Shown: positions 13,401 through 27,142, counted from the whole stretch's first letter. The stretch is DNA of 63,944 nt, filler included, from Octopus bimaculoides (GCF_001194135.2; 7 parts of 6 records of this genome joined end to end with filler, not necessarily neighbours in it), one strand, 5' to 3'. Program-made: numbers and translations. Notes: generated by a model from the sequence alone, not told the origin.

Positions 13401-14324
13401 CTATTTGCCGTCGTTTTGTGATGGACAGAGTTAAAGTGTTACGTCCCACTGGTCAGTTATCGGTGTTTCTACAAGCAGTTCTTTATAGTCTTTTGATAAG
13501 GATTTTTGAAAAATTTCCTACCCCATTAGCGTATTTGGTGTTTAATGCGTTATATGTGTTTTGTGGTATTTGTATAATTTTTATGAGTCGGTGTGTGGGT
13601 TGTATGTGTGTTGAAATAACTCTGAATAATGTCTGTATGGCTGTTTTGGGTCGTGTTTATGACAATGTAGTTGATGATGTTTAAATTTTGTTTGTGTAGG
13701 CATTTGCGATCAAAATGTTGTGCGTGAGAATTAGGTTATGCTTGTATTCGTATTGTCTGTGATTGTGGCGGTAGTTTTGACAGCGATGGAGATGAAGTTA
13801 ACACTGTTGGTGTAGTCGTGTTTGAGGGTGGTGTTTGGGCATTGTTGTTCAAAGGAATCTTCCCCATTTGTTCGTATTTGCCAGTTTTTGTGTTGGTTTT
13901 GGTGTTTTTGTTCCTCTTTGTTTTCTTGGCGTTGGTGACCGTGTGCTCGTCGCCGTCCCCTTCCTTACAAGACATGTGTGAGTGATCCGAAGACGGGAGG
14001 GGTGTATCTTGGGGAGGTTTTAGGTGTTTTGTCGAAATAGTTGTGGTAGTTGTTTGGGGGTTTTCTGATGCTGTTATTGTTGTTGTTGGCGGTGCTGTGG
14101 TTGCTGTGGCTGCTGTAGTAATTGTTATTTGGCCAATTCATTTCACCAAAATCGAGGACAATATCACTAAAAGATATTAACTTTGACAATCATCGTCGAA
14201 CAAAAACATTGCTATCATACAAAAGCATATACACAAAAGTCAGATGTTTATATGGTTTCTCAAACTTTTAGAGTTACCATCAAAGTACACTCTAAATCAT
14301 TCAAAAATATACAGTGTAATAATC

Positions 14325-14503
14325 ATTTATGCTATAGGCACAAGATCTGAAATTTTGAGGAAGGGTGAAGTCAATTACATTGACCCCAGGACTCGAGCGT
14401 TACTTATTTCATCTACCCGAAAGGATAAATGGCAAAGTGAACTCAGAACATAAAGACGATGTAAATGTCGCAGAGCACTTTCTTCGGCGTGGAAACGATT
14501 CTG
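14325..14503 (-). mobile_element. tRNA-derived SINE (octopus-type), diverged
   Basis: Reverse complement resembles the SINEs at 30765 and 43100 (gaatcgt..cacgccg..ttctgagttca..ctttgcc..tcctttcggg). Confidence 0.7.
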
Positions 14504-14504
14504 A

Positions 14505-16870
14505 ATTCTTTATTGCCCACGGGGAGGGGGTACAAACATAGATCTGGGGCCAGGACGACAAATACAAATTTGAAAACAATCGATTAAATATTTATGATAA
14601 AATCGAATGATTGGGACGAACAAGTATACAAACAATGAAGTCGGGGACGGGTTCTGCTTTGGCCCCGCAAGCCCAGATCCTCCACTGCTACCTTTGAAAA
14701 ACTTTATGAACACTCTTTATGAACACTCTCGCAACATCTTTCCATCTTTTCTTATATGCGTCCGGCGACAGGCATTCCTTCTCCATCCTTATTTTCCTTT
14801 TCAGGTGGAAGGTGAGAAACCTCACCAACCCAAGGATGGGGATGAAAGTGCCTGTCACGATTCTTTTCATACGGGTCTTCCACACTACTTCTTTCGCAAT
14901 AGCTACTACATTGAGAAACCAAGCCTTACCTTATTTGTCAAAGGAGGAAGGGGAAAAAACTTTAATGATCGACTCGGAAGACATCTGTACCCCACCCCCT
15001 AGTCGTGACAACCGATATTTCGACGTAAACCCATAGTTCTGTAAGTTTTGGGTATTGCACAAGCGCGCGCAGAACGGTTTTCCTGTTCTGTTCGCATCTT
15101 AGGCACATGGGTGAACAGGAGCCACCATGCCCTGCAAGTTTTTCGCAAACTAGTAACTCGCCAGGTTAGAGATCTCTGGATGTTATCCAAAGACCCTGGC
15201 CCGAATGTTCTTGGGAAGAGGCTGGCTAACTGATTTTCATCGAAGCCCAGAGCCTCCTCAGGCCGTCATCATTCCTCGCCTCTACCAACATTCTAAACAA
15301 AGAACGAAGTAGAACCCCCGCCGTTGGCATTGCCCGTGCGAGAGAGAAACCGGAGTGCCTGTCGGCACTCCATGTGCCACTCGCCGTAATTTGGTCTACG
15401 TTGGATTAACTAAAGCTGGTGAACGTAGGAAGTAGCCAAGACCTTATTGCTGCATTATTGCCACGTTGGCTCTCTAACACACGTTCCCATCCGGCAACGT
15501 TGATTCTCTCTTGTCCCATTGAACGTAACTTAGCTCTCACAATGCATCGTTCGTGTTTAGCCGCTTTGAGGTATTGGTCGAGCTCCAACTCCGCCGCTAA
15601 AACTCTGGATGCAGAGTCTGACCTCATTGCCTCTTCTAGAGCCTTAATTAAAGCCTTTTCTATTGTATTTCTAGTACTGACTAGCTTCTTACTGAATCTG
15701 TTGGACTCAAATTTAATGGCTTTTTTGAGGACACACCACCACGTGTTGTTAAGAATGGTACCTGTTAATGCCCTCATCATTAACTGCCTAATCCAGTTCC
15801 TGTATGCTTCACAGGCCAAAAGTGTCCTGTTTAACTTCCAATTACCGGGTCCCTGTCTACACATACTATCTAAGTCAAACAAACCTACGGGTCACAAATT
15901 TGTGATTACTGTAGCTGTCACTGTGATGTTGTGGACAAGCAGCTATTTTCTTATCTTTAATTCTAACAAGAATCCTGTCTAGATAAGATCTGGACGACCC
16001 ATCGTTATTCGTCCATGTCCACAATGGAACATCATGATGATCCAGTCTGAATCGGTCTGCCAGCTGAAAACGACTTCCCAGACCACTGAGGCAAGGGTTT
16101 CCCCTCCTATCTGGGTTCGAGCCAACACAATCCACACGTGAATCGCTGATTGTTTTAAAGTCTCTTAGCAACACTAAAGTGTGCAATTTCCTAGAAAATT
16201 TTCTAGGCTTCTGAAATAGTCAGACTATGCTGCTCCAACCAGATGGACTTACCGCTGATGTGCGTCACATCAAGGACGAATAACCTGCCTGCTGGGTCTA
16301 CAACAACAGTTCTTACATCTAAACCCAGATTTTTCCTGAGTAGAGCTGCAACTCCTCCTCTCCCTCCAGATTGGCTTTTGGAGAAATAAATTTCACGTAG
16401 CCACTTAGGCGGGGCGAAAATGCCTGCAGTCCACTCAGTCTGGTTTCAGAAGTAACTACTAAATCCAATCTATGTGACCTGAGGTCGTCAAGGAGGCAGC
16501 TTTGCTTCCAATCCGATTCCAGATCGCGGAGGGGGATGGTAATCTCTCTTTATCCGCTGTTTCTGTTGTTGTAATTTGGGGCGCCTTAAGGAATTGTTGA
16601 TAGCGGTGAGATGAAAAGTTCTTTTGAAATGGGCCTATATCCTCTCGAAATGAACTTTTAAAAAATGTGTATTTAAAAAGTGCGGTATTTTCAGTGAGTT
16701 TTTGCGATGCTGTTTGGTTTGGTGGTCGGTGTGGGCGCCGATGGTGGAGGCCATTCAGCTCTTATGTAGCCCTTTTTGCCACACTTATAGCACCTCGGTT
16801 TTTGCCCCTCCATTACCCTTAAATTGGTTTCATCCCTGATTACTATCGTATCAGGGATCCCTACCAAATC
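14505..16870 (-). mobile_element. Tx1/L1-like LINE copy B (ORF1 knuckle, APE, C-terminal domain; RT absent)
   Basis: PRCYKCGKKGYIRAEW (degenerate CCHC, ~16751-16800); KQSCLLDDLRSHRLDLVVTSETR, SYLDRILVR and GNWKLNRTLL (APE); DNIQRSLTWR and FLTFHLKRKIRMEKE (C-terminus); minus-strand AATAAA at 14509-14514. Confidence 0.8.
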
Positions 16871-19239
16871 TTACAAGTATACATACAGAAGAATATAAAC
16901 AAAAAAGCTTAAAAAAATATATATATAAAACATATATGTATATAAAAAATACAAAAGCTTTTGTGAAGAAGAATAGGAGGAGGAATAGCTATCAAATCGT
17001 CTTCGAAAGCATCGAGTGATGTGTTGTGGGAAGGGTTTCTTCTAGATTTTAATTCCGATTCAAGTTGGAGTCTGGTTTCATCTTTTTTATTATTCTTATT
17101 ACGATTTGTATGATGTTCGAAGTGGAACGCCTTCCATCTCATAGGACTGATAAAAGATTTGGTCTTCTGATTGTAAATAAGCATATATATATATATATAT
17201 ACAGACACACACATATATATATATATATGTGCGTGTGTGTGTGTGTGTGTGTGTGTTTGTGTATATAAGTATATATATGTATCTATCTATCAATCTAGCT
17301 TTCTCTCTATCCCTCTCCCTCTCTCTCTCTCTCTATATATATATATATTTATTTATATAATTAAAAAGCTGTTCCTTCACTTATATATAGCTCATGTGAG
17401 TAAATTAAACAAACGAATAATAATATTTTATGAATTTTTGTCAATATTCTATCAAATAATGGCAATCCATTTTGGGTGACTTTTTTGAGAATCTTGTTTT
17501 CCCAAAGAAGACAAGTTCATGAATGACAGTAATTTTCTTTACTTACTAAAATCGAAATAACAGATCCTTAAATTTCTTTCATTGAAATTATGTCTTTATC
17601 TAAAATCTGTAAATCAATATAAAAGATATCATACGACTAGAGACGTCTCCTTTTATTCTAAATTGGTTTAAAGTGATTTCTGTTTGTATATCTCTTCCTG
17701 TCATTCACACTAGTTCTGTTTCTGTAATACATACATATATATGTTTGCGTGTGCGTGGGGGTGAGGGGTGTATTTATGTATACATACATAATTGTTCACA
17801 CTCAAACTCACATCCAGCCATGTAGAATTAATTGTGTATGTGAGTGCATGTAGCTCCATCTCCATATGAATATAAAGCAAAAAGATTTAGCATTTTTGTT
17901 GTTGTTGTTGGAAGGAATATTTTACATGCAATATATTTTATTAATGTACGAAAATTAGATGATGTATTTAAATCATTCGCATATTTAGTTGATCGATTTG
18001 AAATCAGACAATATGATTTCAATTTACTATGCATTGTTTTGCGAGCGTGCACACATACATACATACATACATACATACATACATACATACATACACATAT
18101 ACATACATACATATATATGCACAGAGAACATTCGATACACACCTCCACTTCTATTGCGTTGTGCATGTGCTTAGTAGTTGCTATATGTGTATAAAAATGT
18201 TGAAAAGTTTCTTGGCAAATGGAATATTTTCCACCGATTATATTTCATCCTTATTTTACAAATAAATGAAACATTAAGACATCTATATGCTATAACATTT
18301 TTAGGTGTTAGATTTTAATCATCACATTGGGTTATTAATTTACTAAACGTTATTTTGTATATATCTAGTTTCATAAATAAAGATATTTCTGTTTATATTG
18401 AAATTAGTGGAAAGATTTACAGCCAGCTCATGAAGACATCATTCATTTTAGCTCGTCATATCAAAACACGCATTGCTAACCCTGACTTATGGACATTAAA
18501 ATTCTATGATACCTAAGACGTCTTGGGTAATGTTGTATAATTTGTGGAAGATAGCGTCTGACTACTATATTGAAACATCTGTTTTGAACAGAAAGGTCAA
18601 CTAGATTACATTTCTCTTCCTAACTCTTCGGGAAGGATGAGGTTTTGTGGAAATTCCGTATACTCTAACTTTCTCGCTGAAGGTGCCTCGATACAATGGT
18701 ATACAGCCGGCTGAATATCACCCTGTCAGACAATACACGGAATCTCATTCTCCGACGCCTGCAATAGATAAGTTAACTAGGTAATTATACACTAAGAGGA
18801 AAACCACTAAGTGTTTTCCTTGCCTGCTAAAATATGTCAGATCTGCAAACCACGAAAGAAACGTTCCCTTACATAGCGCATTGGATTTAAGCGAGCAATA
18901 CAATATAAAAAGCATTTTAAAAGACTTCGAAGTTTCACCATTAATAATTAAGCAATAATCTGTGGATCTTCAGTAGAAACTGCCAGATATGCATAATTAT
19001 AAAACTGAAATACATACCATATCTGAAAAGGACACACGTGAATACGGAGTTCTATCTTTATACGTCCTAAATTCAATTCAAATGTCTTCCAACAACGCGC
19101 CAGGCCATATTAAATCAGCAGTGAATATAAATTCAGAAGGGAATTACCTGACTCAAGAACTAAAATATTTAAATATATGGAAATTTAGGGTATCAATTAT
19201 TTTTAATAATTTTTATCCTTAATATACTTATATACTTAC

Positions 19240-19279
<40 letters not shown>

Positions 19280-19282
<3 letters not shown>

Positions 19283-19814
19283 AGGCCAGTGAAGTTTCAT
19301 CTGCTGGAAAGCTGATGCCATCAGCTTTTTGGGGTGTAAAATGCATTGTGTTTATGGACCATCTTCAAAAGAGCCACATCAATAATAGGGAGTACAATGC
19401 CAATTTACCGAGGCAGTTACGAAAGGCTATCAAGACCAAACTCCAAGGGAAACTTGTTTTATCACGAAAATGCTCCAACCCACAAGTCTTTGATTTCATT
19501 GACTGCTGTGCGTGACTGTGGTTTTTAACTGACTCATCACCGTCCCCATTCTCCTGATTTTGCTCCATTTTTATTATCATCTGTTTTCCAAGTAGAAAGA
19601 TCACTGGATTGGGAACCACTGTCGTAGTGATAGAAACGTCATAAGTGCTGTTGACTTTTTTGAGTAACAGAATGGAAGCTTTTCTCACTATTGGTATCGA
19701 AGCACTGCAACACCGTTGGAAGAAGCGTGTGGACTGCACAGGGGATTATGTTGAAAATTCAACCTTCTTTGGTCACATTCCAGCAGAGTATCTTGATCAA
19801 CGTATGAACTTTTC
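19280..19814 (+). mobile_element. mariner transposase 3' fragment
   Basis: KLMPSAFWGVKCIVFMDHLQK, HENAPTH and HRPHSPDFAP (HxPYSPDLAP-like) motifs; ends in a TIR-like tract similar to 55885-55917. Confidence 0.8.
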
Positions 19815-19825
19815 ATACATGCATA

Positions 19826-20580
19826 AATGGGGTCTAATCAATAAGTATCCGGACTGTTGCCATAATAACGAAGCTAAAGCATGCGGAGTAAAGCGACTTG
19901 GCACAGATTGACCTTCAACTGCTCTGCATCAAATTTTGCCGAAGGCAAAGTTTTCGAAAAGTTTAAAGAAGTTTTCATCGTTCTCGACACAATGAAAGAT
20001 ATTTTGTGCAACTGAAACCCGAATGTCTTTCAGGTCAGCTGAAAGCAGTTTTGGCCCAAAATTGGCAGACACGGGTCTCCTCCATATCTTCAGTGATAAT
20101 AGACTGAACTTAACCGTAACTAATCTACACATCCTCTGATAACTTACGGATGGTGATTCAACGATTTGCCTTCACAGCTGCCTGCACATCTGCGATGTTT
20201 TTCTCAGTTCTGCTGGTTGCAGGGCTCCTAGAAGCTTCGTCACTATGGACATTTTTTCGGCCATCTCGGAAACTTTTGAAACACTTGTACACTTGTGTCC
20301 GGTTCATGCATTCCTTTCCATACACTTTCTGCAGCATTGCGTAGGCCTCTGAAAAGATATCACCATGATAACTTTCTCTGCCATAGTCAGTGCGACGATC
20401 ACACGTTACACACTTTATTTCGAAGTACTGTTGTAAACGGGAGAAGTGAGCTAGAACGTTAAAACATAGTACACATGCACAGCAGAAGTTAAGGTCCATT
20501 ATAACCAAGAAGCTTTACTCTATGTATTTTAGCCCCGATACTATGGCAACAGTCCGGATACTTATTGATCAGACCACGTA
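19826..20580 (-). mobile_element. Non-autonomous mariner derivative (MITE-like), copy A
   Basis: TIR ggtct(g/a)atcaataagtatccggactgttgccata at both ends; internal transposase N-terminus LQKVYGKECMNRTQVYKCFKSFRDGRKNV. Confidence 0.85.
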
Positions 20581-20621
<41 letters not shown>

Positions 20622-20628
20622 ACATACA

Positions 20629-20662
<34 letters not shown>

Positions 20663-20834
20663 CATATACACACACACATAGGTACTCAGGCTGTAATTTC
20701 CTCGTAAGTGACTTTTTTAAAATCCGGATATCAACTGGTGTCATCAAATATATTGAAAGAAAGATCGGCAATATATATGGATAAACTGTCTAATAATATG
20801 TAAAGTCAATAAAAGAAAATAGGGAAGAAATATA

Positions 20835-21300
20835 CTGGATACTTGGTTAATTTTGTTTGTATCACGATGAAAAAAGCCTTCTGCCACGACTTAGCACATG
20901 AGGACAAACCTTATTTGAACAAACATGAAAATATAGAAACAGAACGGGTTAGAAAGCACTTCAAATCAAGGAAACATCCACCGTATAATAGAAAATCTTG
21001 ATTCTTTCGAAAATCATATTTGGGATGCAATAAATAAGCACCCATTTAGGCATAGATTTATACTGGTAGATATAAATGATTATGACTCTTCAGTAAACCC
21101 CATAATACTAAATAGTGACCTCATCTTTGCTATGAGTCAAACTAAATTGTCTCGCAACGAAATTAATATCATACTTACAGCACGAAAATTAATATTCTTT
21201 TATGTTTATTTCTTTTGTTGATTCACTTCCTTTACATACTGAATCTTTTATGTATTACTTTTTTTCATCGCGATACAAATAAAATTAACCAAGTACCAAC
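20835..21300. mobile_element. MITE with ~40-bp TIRs and TA flanks
   Basis: tacttggttaattttgtttgtatcacgatgaaaaaa (20840-20875) versus reverse complement of ~21259-21296, 2 mismatches; TATA on both sides. Confidence 0.65.
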
Positions 21301-21358
21301 TATATGTCTTTTTTATTTTCTTTTATTAACTTTACAATTATATATATATATATATCTA

Positions 21359-21399
<41 letters not shown>

Positions 21400-21407
<8 letters not shown>

Positions 21408-23150
21408 CGTAGCTGCTTTCTCATTAAAGAGCAAATCCTTTGCTAAAAAATAATTGAAATTAATCAGAGGCCGGTCAAACATTTGCGCACTCTATTGCAT
21501 AATGAACAGCTGTGCTGGCTAACAGAGGAAACAGTTGCAACAGTATGAAGTCTTTTGACATGCTTTTTCAATCCTCCAACTGAAAGGTACACCTTTCCAC
21601 AGGTTGCACATGTTCTGTTGTGAGCAATAGCCGTATTACAATTTACAAGGGGTTGATTCCTGTAAATTCTCTGAAGGTTGACCAGATCTGCATGACTCAA
21701 GCATTTCTTCCCACAAATCACACACATAAAAAAGCAACACTCCTCCATTTTCCACAAGTTCATTCTTTCTAAACATTTTCTTGATCTTATCGTGCTTCAT
21801 TCTCTCTCTCATTCAAACATCGAACACCACTGCGCACTCTTTTCCTCCATCCATTTTGGTCTTGTGCCTTTCTCTCCTAATCAACGACTGAAACTTTTGT
21901 CTATGTTAGAACAATTCTGAAGCAGTCTTGAACCTCATTTTGGGCTTATGTACCGGACGCCTGTCTTCCAGCTCACCATACAAAAGTTGCTTAGGAATTC
22001 TTTCATCATTCATTCTCACCAGGTGTCCACCGCGCCTCAAAGACTTTGCAGAATCATCAATTCTACACTCCTGCTACCACTTTTCTCAAGTGCCTCCACA
22101 TCACTGATCGCCATTCTCCAATTTATTCCATGAATTTCCCTAAGACAATATTCATGATATTATTCCAAATGCCTTAAATGCCTACAATAAACAACCCATG
22201 TCTCACTTCCATAGAGTAACGATGGCAGAACACATGTACTACAAGATCTAACTTTAATTTCGAAAGATATACCATGGCGTGACCAGAGACGCTTGTCAAG
22301 CTTACCAAAGGCACTACTAGCCTTAGTGATTCTATATGAAATTTCACCATTAAGACCAGTAGTGCTCACAGTACTTCTTAGGTGAATTTAGTTACAACTT
22401 CTTACCTTTGTCCATACACAGTCATAAAATGTTCCATATAAAGTTTAGAGGGGGAAGATTGGTACAACAGGACCGTTTACTTCAAGTTAATTGCAAGGCC
22501 CAATGTTGTATATGTTGCAGAAATCGCATTCACCATGTGCTGCATATCTTCTTGGGAATGTACTAACAGGTCACAATCATTTGTGATGTGAGAATGAAGA
22601 ACTTTCGTTTTGGCACAAAGTCTTTTGAGGTTAAAAAGTTTTCTCACTACCCTATATCTTATATAGACCTCTACAGCACAATCTTCGAAGGCTATTTGAA
22701 AGACTATTGTAAAATACAGAGCAATCAAGGTAGAAGCAGGAATACTACCCTGTTTTGCAGCATTTTCTACAGAAATTGCATCTGACAAGGTGCCTTCAAC
22801 ATTACCGCTTACTACATCTCGTCATGAAATTATCTAAGCATTCTTACAATTTTTTAGAGCAGCTCAGCTTTTTCAGGATCTCCCAAAGCGCAACTCTATT
22901 TACAAAATCAAACGCTTTCATCAGATCAATAAAAACTTCATATATGTCTATATCCTGTTCGACGAACTTATCTTGTAACCGTCTAGTTACAAATATCATA
23001 TCTGTGGTACTCGTACCACCTTTAAAACCACGTGATTTTGGTAGAACCTCATCAGCAATGTGCAGAAACAATTTATCCAGCATTACCCTAAAAAGGACCT
23101 TGTCAACCACAGCTAACAGACAGATGTCACAAAAGTTATCGCATTAATCT
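21400..23150 (-). mobile_element. 5'-truncated RTE-clade LINE relic (RT + C-terminal zinc fingers)
   Basis: VFIDLMKAFDFVNRVALW, AKQGSIP, DCDLLVHS, RITKASSAFGKL..LLYGSETW and C-terminal CVIC/CATC/CSLC motifs; frameshifted. Confidence 0.9.
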
Positions 23151-23157
23151 TCTCCAC

Positions 23158-23302
23158 CTTTCGATTTCCGTCTACCAAATCCACTCACACGGCTTTGGTC
23201 AGCCCGAGGCTGTAAAAGAAGACACTTGTTCAAGATACCACGGAGTGGGACTGAATACGATACCATGTGATTGGGAAGCAAACTTACCACAGCCACTCCT
23301 GG
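23158..23302 (-). mobile_element. tRNA-derived SINE head (second family)
   Basis: caggagtggctgtggtaag (A-box-like), ttcagtcccac (B-box-like), gtgagtggatttggtagacggaaa; similar to 38045-38180 and 62410-62500. Confidence 0.75.
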
Positions 23303-24964
23303 AAAGGTAACAGCATAGACAGGTCTTGATAGAGATTCCCTGAATGCTCTTGCTAAAGATTGAACTCTGTGGAAGCAGCTAATTTGATGACGGTATGCAT
23401 ACCGCACCGCTGCAGGCTGAGGTAGCGGCAGATGATGATTCTTGAATTTCAGATGTGCCTTTATTACACGTTGCATTGCATTTTTTATGGTAACAGAAGT
23501 AAAATCTACATGAAATATAAAACTTCTTAGTTACTGTTGCGTACAAAACTTCAGGTTCTATAGACAAAAAATTTAAAATAATAATAAATTTATAAAATAT
23601 GAAATAGCACAATATTTAAATAAAATATAAACATCTTATTCTGCTTAATATTCTGTGAATTTGAATCTCACAAGGTTTCTCTATCTCAAATTGTACATGC
23701 AATGTACGTAATTTCGAGGCTCTCAAATATGTAACACTATTTGGGTATACATGCTTCTGTTCTCTTGATATGGATTGCTCCAATTTGTGGAAAATACGCC
23801 TAAAGTTGCTACGAATTACCATACTAAATAGATGAATTTTCTTTACTTTGCATAAACATTCTTCACATAATAGGAATACCTAACTTTTAGGCAATATTAG
23901 ATTAGTCAATAAATCATTATTTAACCTTTTCATTATTTTTAATGTTAGACATAATTAAATACTAAAATAATACATCAAGTATTTATATAATGCAAAAAGA
24001 ATGCTGTTAACACGTTGGAAATTAATGAAATATTTATTAATTTAATCATTCACTGTTGCGCATTAAAAAAAATTAAACCGATGTTAAATTTAATTAATAC
24101 TTGTCCTGAAATGATATCTTACTTTCAGGTTTGGTGAAATTCTGTAATGGATATTAAAGATTTCGAAATAAAATGTATCTCTCAAAATATCGCCAAACAA
24201 TAAATATTTGTATTTCTAAATTAATTTTGAACATGATATTGATTTTTCTGCAATGGTTTCGAAGTTGATCGACCAAATACGGATAGTTGAATGAAACGAT
24301 GTGTTATGAAACGTTAATTTCTATAGTGTAAAATTGATGTGTTATGTATTTTGTGAAAATTTACATACTTTCAATATATTGTGATGCTAAACTACGTATC
24401 AGTGAGTCTCATGGAGATCTTTTCTCTGCGACAAAATTGAATATGTAAAATTCTTTATGTATAACTATTTGAATGAAAAGTAAGTTGATAGATATAAACA
24501 AAAAATTTAACACTAATCGTGAAATAAGAATTTAGTTGTTCCGTCAGGCCTCAGCCCTGAGGTATTTTAAAAAGAAATATGTTCGATCTGAAATTCCATG
24601 TGGCTGCAGTTTTGGATAAAAAGAAGCGAAGGAAAGTTAAGTGAGAGAAAGTAAAAAAAGTTAGTTAAAAAGTGAGTGGAAGTAAAAAAATTAGTAAAAA
24701 AGTTAGCTTGGGATTCGCGCGCAAATATTTTACTGTTCTCCATTGACAGCCTTTAAGCACATTTCTCATAACAATAACTATCTAGCAAGTTGAGGCAAAT
24801 TTTGCTATGATGGCAATGCTGTATATAAATCAGTAATAAAAAAACTGTAGTAAAAATTCACGATGTAATAAAACTGATATCCTCTCAAACGAACAATTGT
24901 TTTAATAAGATCTATTGCTTATTGCGACATCAAATACCGGTTGATATTAGCAAGATATGTTAAG

Positions 24965-25165
24965 ATAATCCTTTCTAATTTTATGAACAAGGCCAGCATT
25001 TTTGAGAGGAGTGTTAAGTCGATATTACTGTCTCCAATATTCAACTGGTACTTATTTTGTCGAACTGGAAATAAAATATAAAATTCAACCTAGGAACCAT
25101 TTGAACTCAAAACGTAAAACTGGAAGAAATGTCACTAAGCATTTTGTCGGGCGTGCTTGCCGCCC
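24965..25165 (-). mobile_element. Diverged tRNA-derived SINE
   Basis: caactggtacttatttt..atttgaactcaaaacgtaa..ctaagcattttgtcgggcgtgc matches the reverse complement of the 30765/43100 family. Confidence 0.65.
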
Positions 25166-27142
25166 AAGAATATGTTAACAGGAACATATAACATATATTT
25201 AGTCGGACCCGTGTCTATATGATTACATTTTACTATATCACATTGGCGTATATAGGAATTTACTTTTACGTCCAATTGAATTCTCTGAGCTTTAAAATCA
25301 TTTAAATTGAGAATTGTAAAATTCCGTCTTAACATTTATTTCGATGTCATTTATTTCTTCATACAAGTGCTAATACTGTAATAGTAAAATTGTGCAATTT
25401 GAAATATAAATGTTGATTTTCAATTTTATCAGCTTACTATCTCTTCATATATCAATGAATCTTAATTGCAATTCACATAACATGACACGAGCTAGAATGT
25501 GGATTCTGAAGTAGCAACAGTTTCATATTTTGTTCAAATTATTAAACACCTTTTTGTGTATTTTGTAAAATTTAGTCGCATATCATTTTCCATCAGCATA
25601 CAACTTATTTCACATATATCTAAAATAAATATTAGCCGCAGTTTTCAGATTATTTTCTCCTCGTTGACATTAACTAGAAAACAATCATTATGCTTGTATT
25701 TGTATTGGAGATATTTTTTTATATCTAATAATTGAAATATTATAGCTAGTTATCAAAGAAACCACTCATTTTGTTCAACGTTTAGAAGTGAAGAGAACGG
25801 TGCAAGTATGTTCCTATTGTAATATATTTATCTGTAAAACAGTGACATGCAACCAGGATTGAGGCTACAGAACATTTATCGTATAAGTACATGATCGTGT
25901 ATCATAAAGAAGGGAAGACCTTTATAATTTATTTATCGGCTGAATGCACTAGTATGTGACAAAATATTGAGTGAGAAAGATTGTGATCACTACTGCACAG
26001 CAGCAACGACACTACCACCTACGCTCGCACATAATCACATTCTCATGAACAATAACATACAACATTATGAGTCTACGTGTGTATCTGTTATACTGTATCG
26101 CCCTTGAGGACACATCAGAGCTTCGAATATTTCCAGGAAAGTACAACGACACCATAATCAAGAAATACTTCTAAAATTCATAGAAAAATATGGGCAGCTG
26201 TTATTGTCTGATCGAGATAAGTGAAGATACAAAAGAGCTCGTTGTTGCTCGATCCTAGAATGCTGTTAATCAATTTCATACGAGCATTGATCAAGCAGAG
26301 CTATTATCGGAGTATTGATTTGATAAACATCTAAACTTATATTCAAACAATTCGACCAGATTATGTTATAAAATAATGTGTCATATTTTAACATGACAAT
26401 ATAAAATATGAGGAGATTTTGACGCTATGATTGTCTATACAGTAACCACAGCCAGCGTTGATCAGTAAATGCAGTTTAAAATATATGCGGTTTGATCGTA
26501 TTCTATTCTTCACTTTACAATCGGAAATAGTTATATTTTGCATGTATTTTAATCACCACACTACAAATACTTCTAATCTATTACTCGAAAATTCGTATTT
26601 TGCTTATTAATAACAAAAGCAAATATGCATAGCAAACTTTGTATCTAATATTTGTGTGTATGTATGTATGTATGTATGTATATATATATATATATATGAA
26701 CATATATATANNNNNNNNNNNNNNNNNNNNNNNNNNNNNNNNNNNNNNNNNNNNNNNNNNNNNNNNNNNNNNNNNNNNNNNNNNNNNNNNNNNNNNNNNN
26801 NNNNNNNNNNNNNNNNNNNNNNNNNNNNNNNNNNNNNNNNNNNNNNNNNNNNNNNNNNNNNNNNNNNNNNNNNNNNNNNNNNNNNNNNNNNNNNNNNNNN
26901 NNNNNNNNNNNNNNNNNNNNNNNNNNNNNTATATATATATATATATATACGGTCATTAAGAATGAAATATTCGATTTTGAACTAAAAGTTTATTTTATTT
27001 TATCTCTACAAAAAGCAATGCAGTAAATCAAAGTATGCACGTAAATTATCCACACATTTTTGCTATTTTATCGGTAGCTTATTTATGCCGGTAGCGAAGA
27101 ATTCTGAAGAGCAAGAGGTGATGACATTTCGAAAGGCTGTTT

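Noticed and set aside
27090-27140. CTGAAGA..CGAAA near the Penelope-like GIY-YIG as a hammerhead
   Set aside because: No pairing stem II or stem III could be formed.
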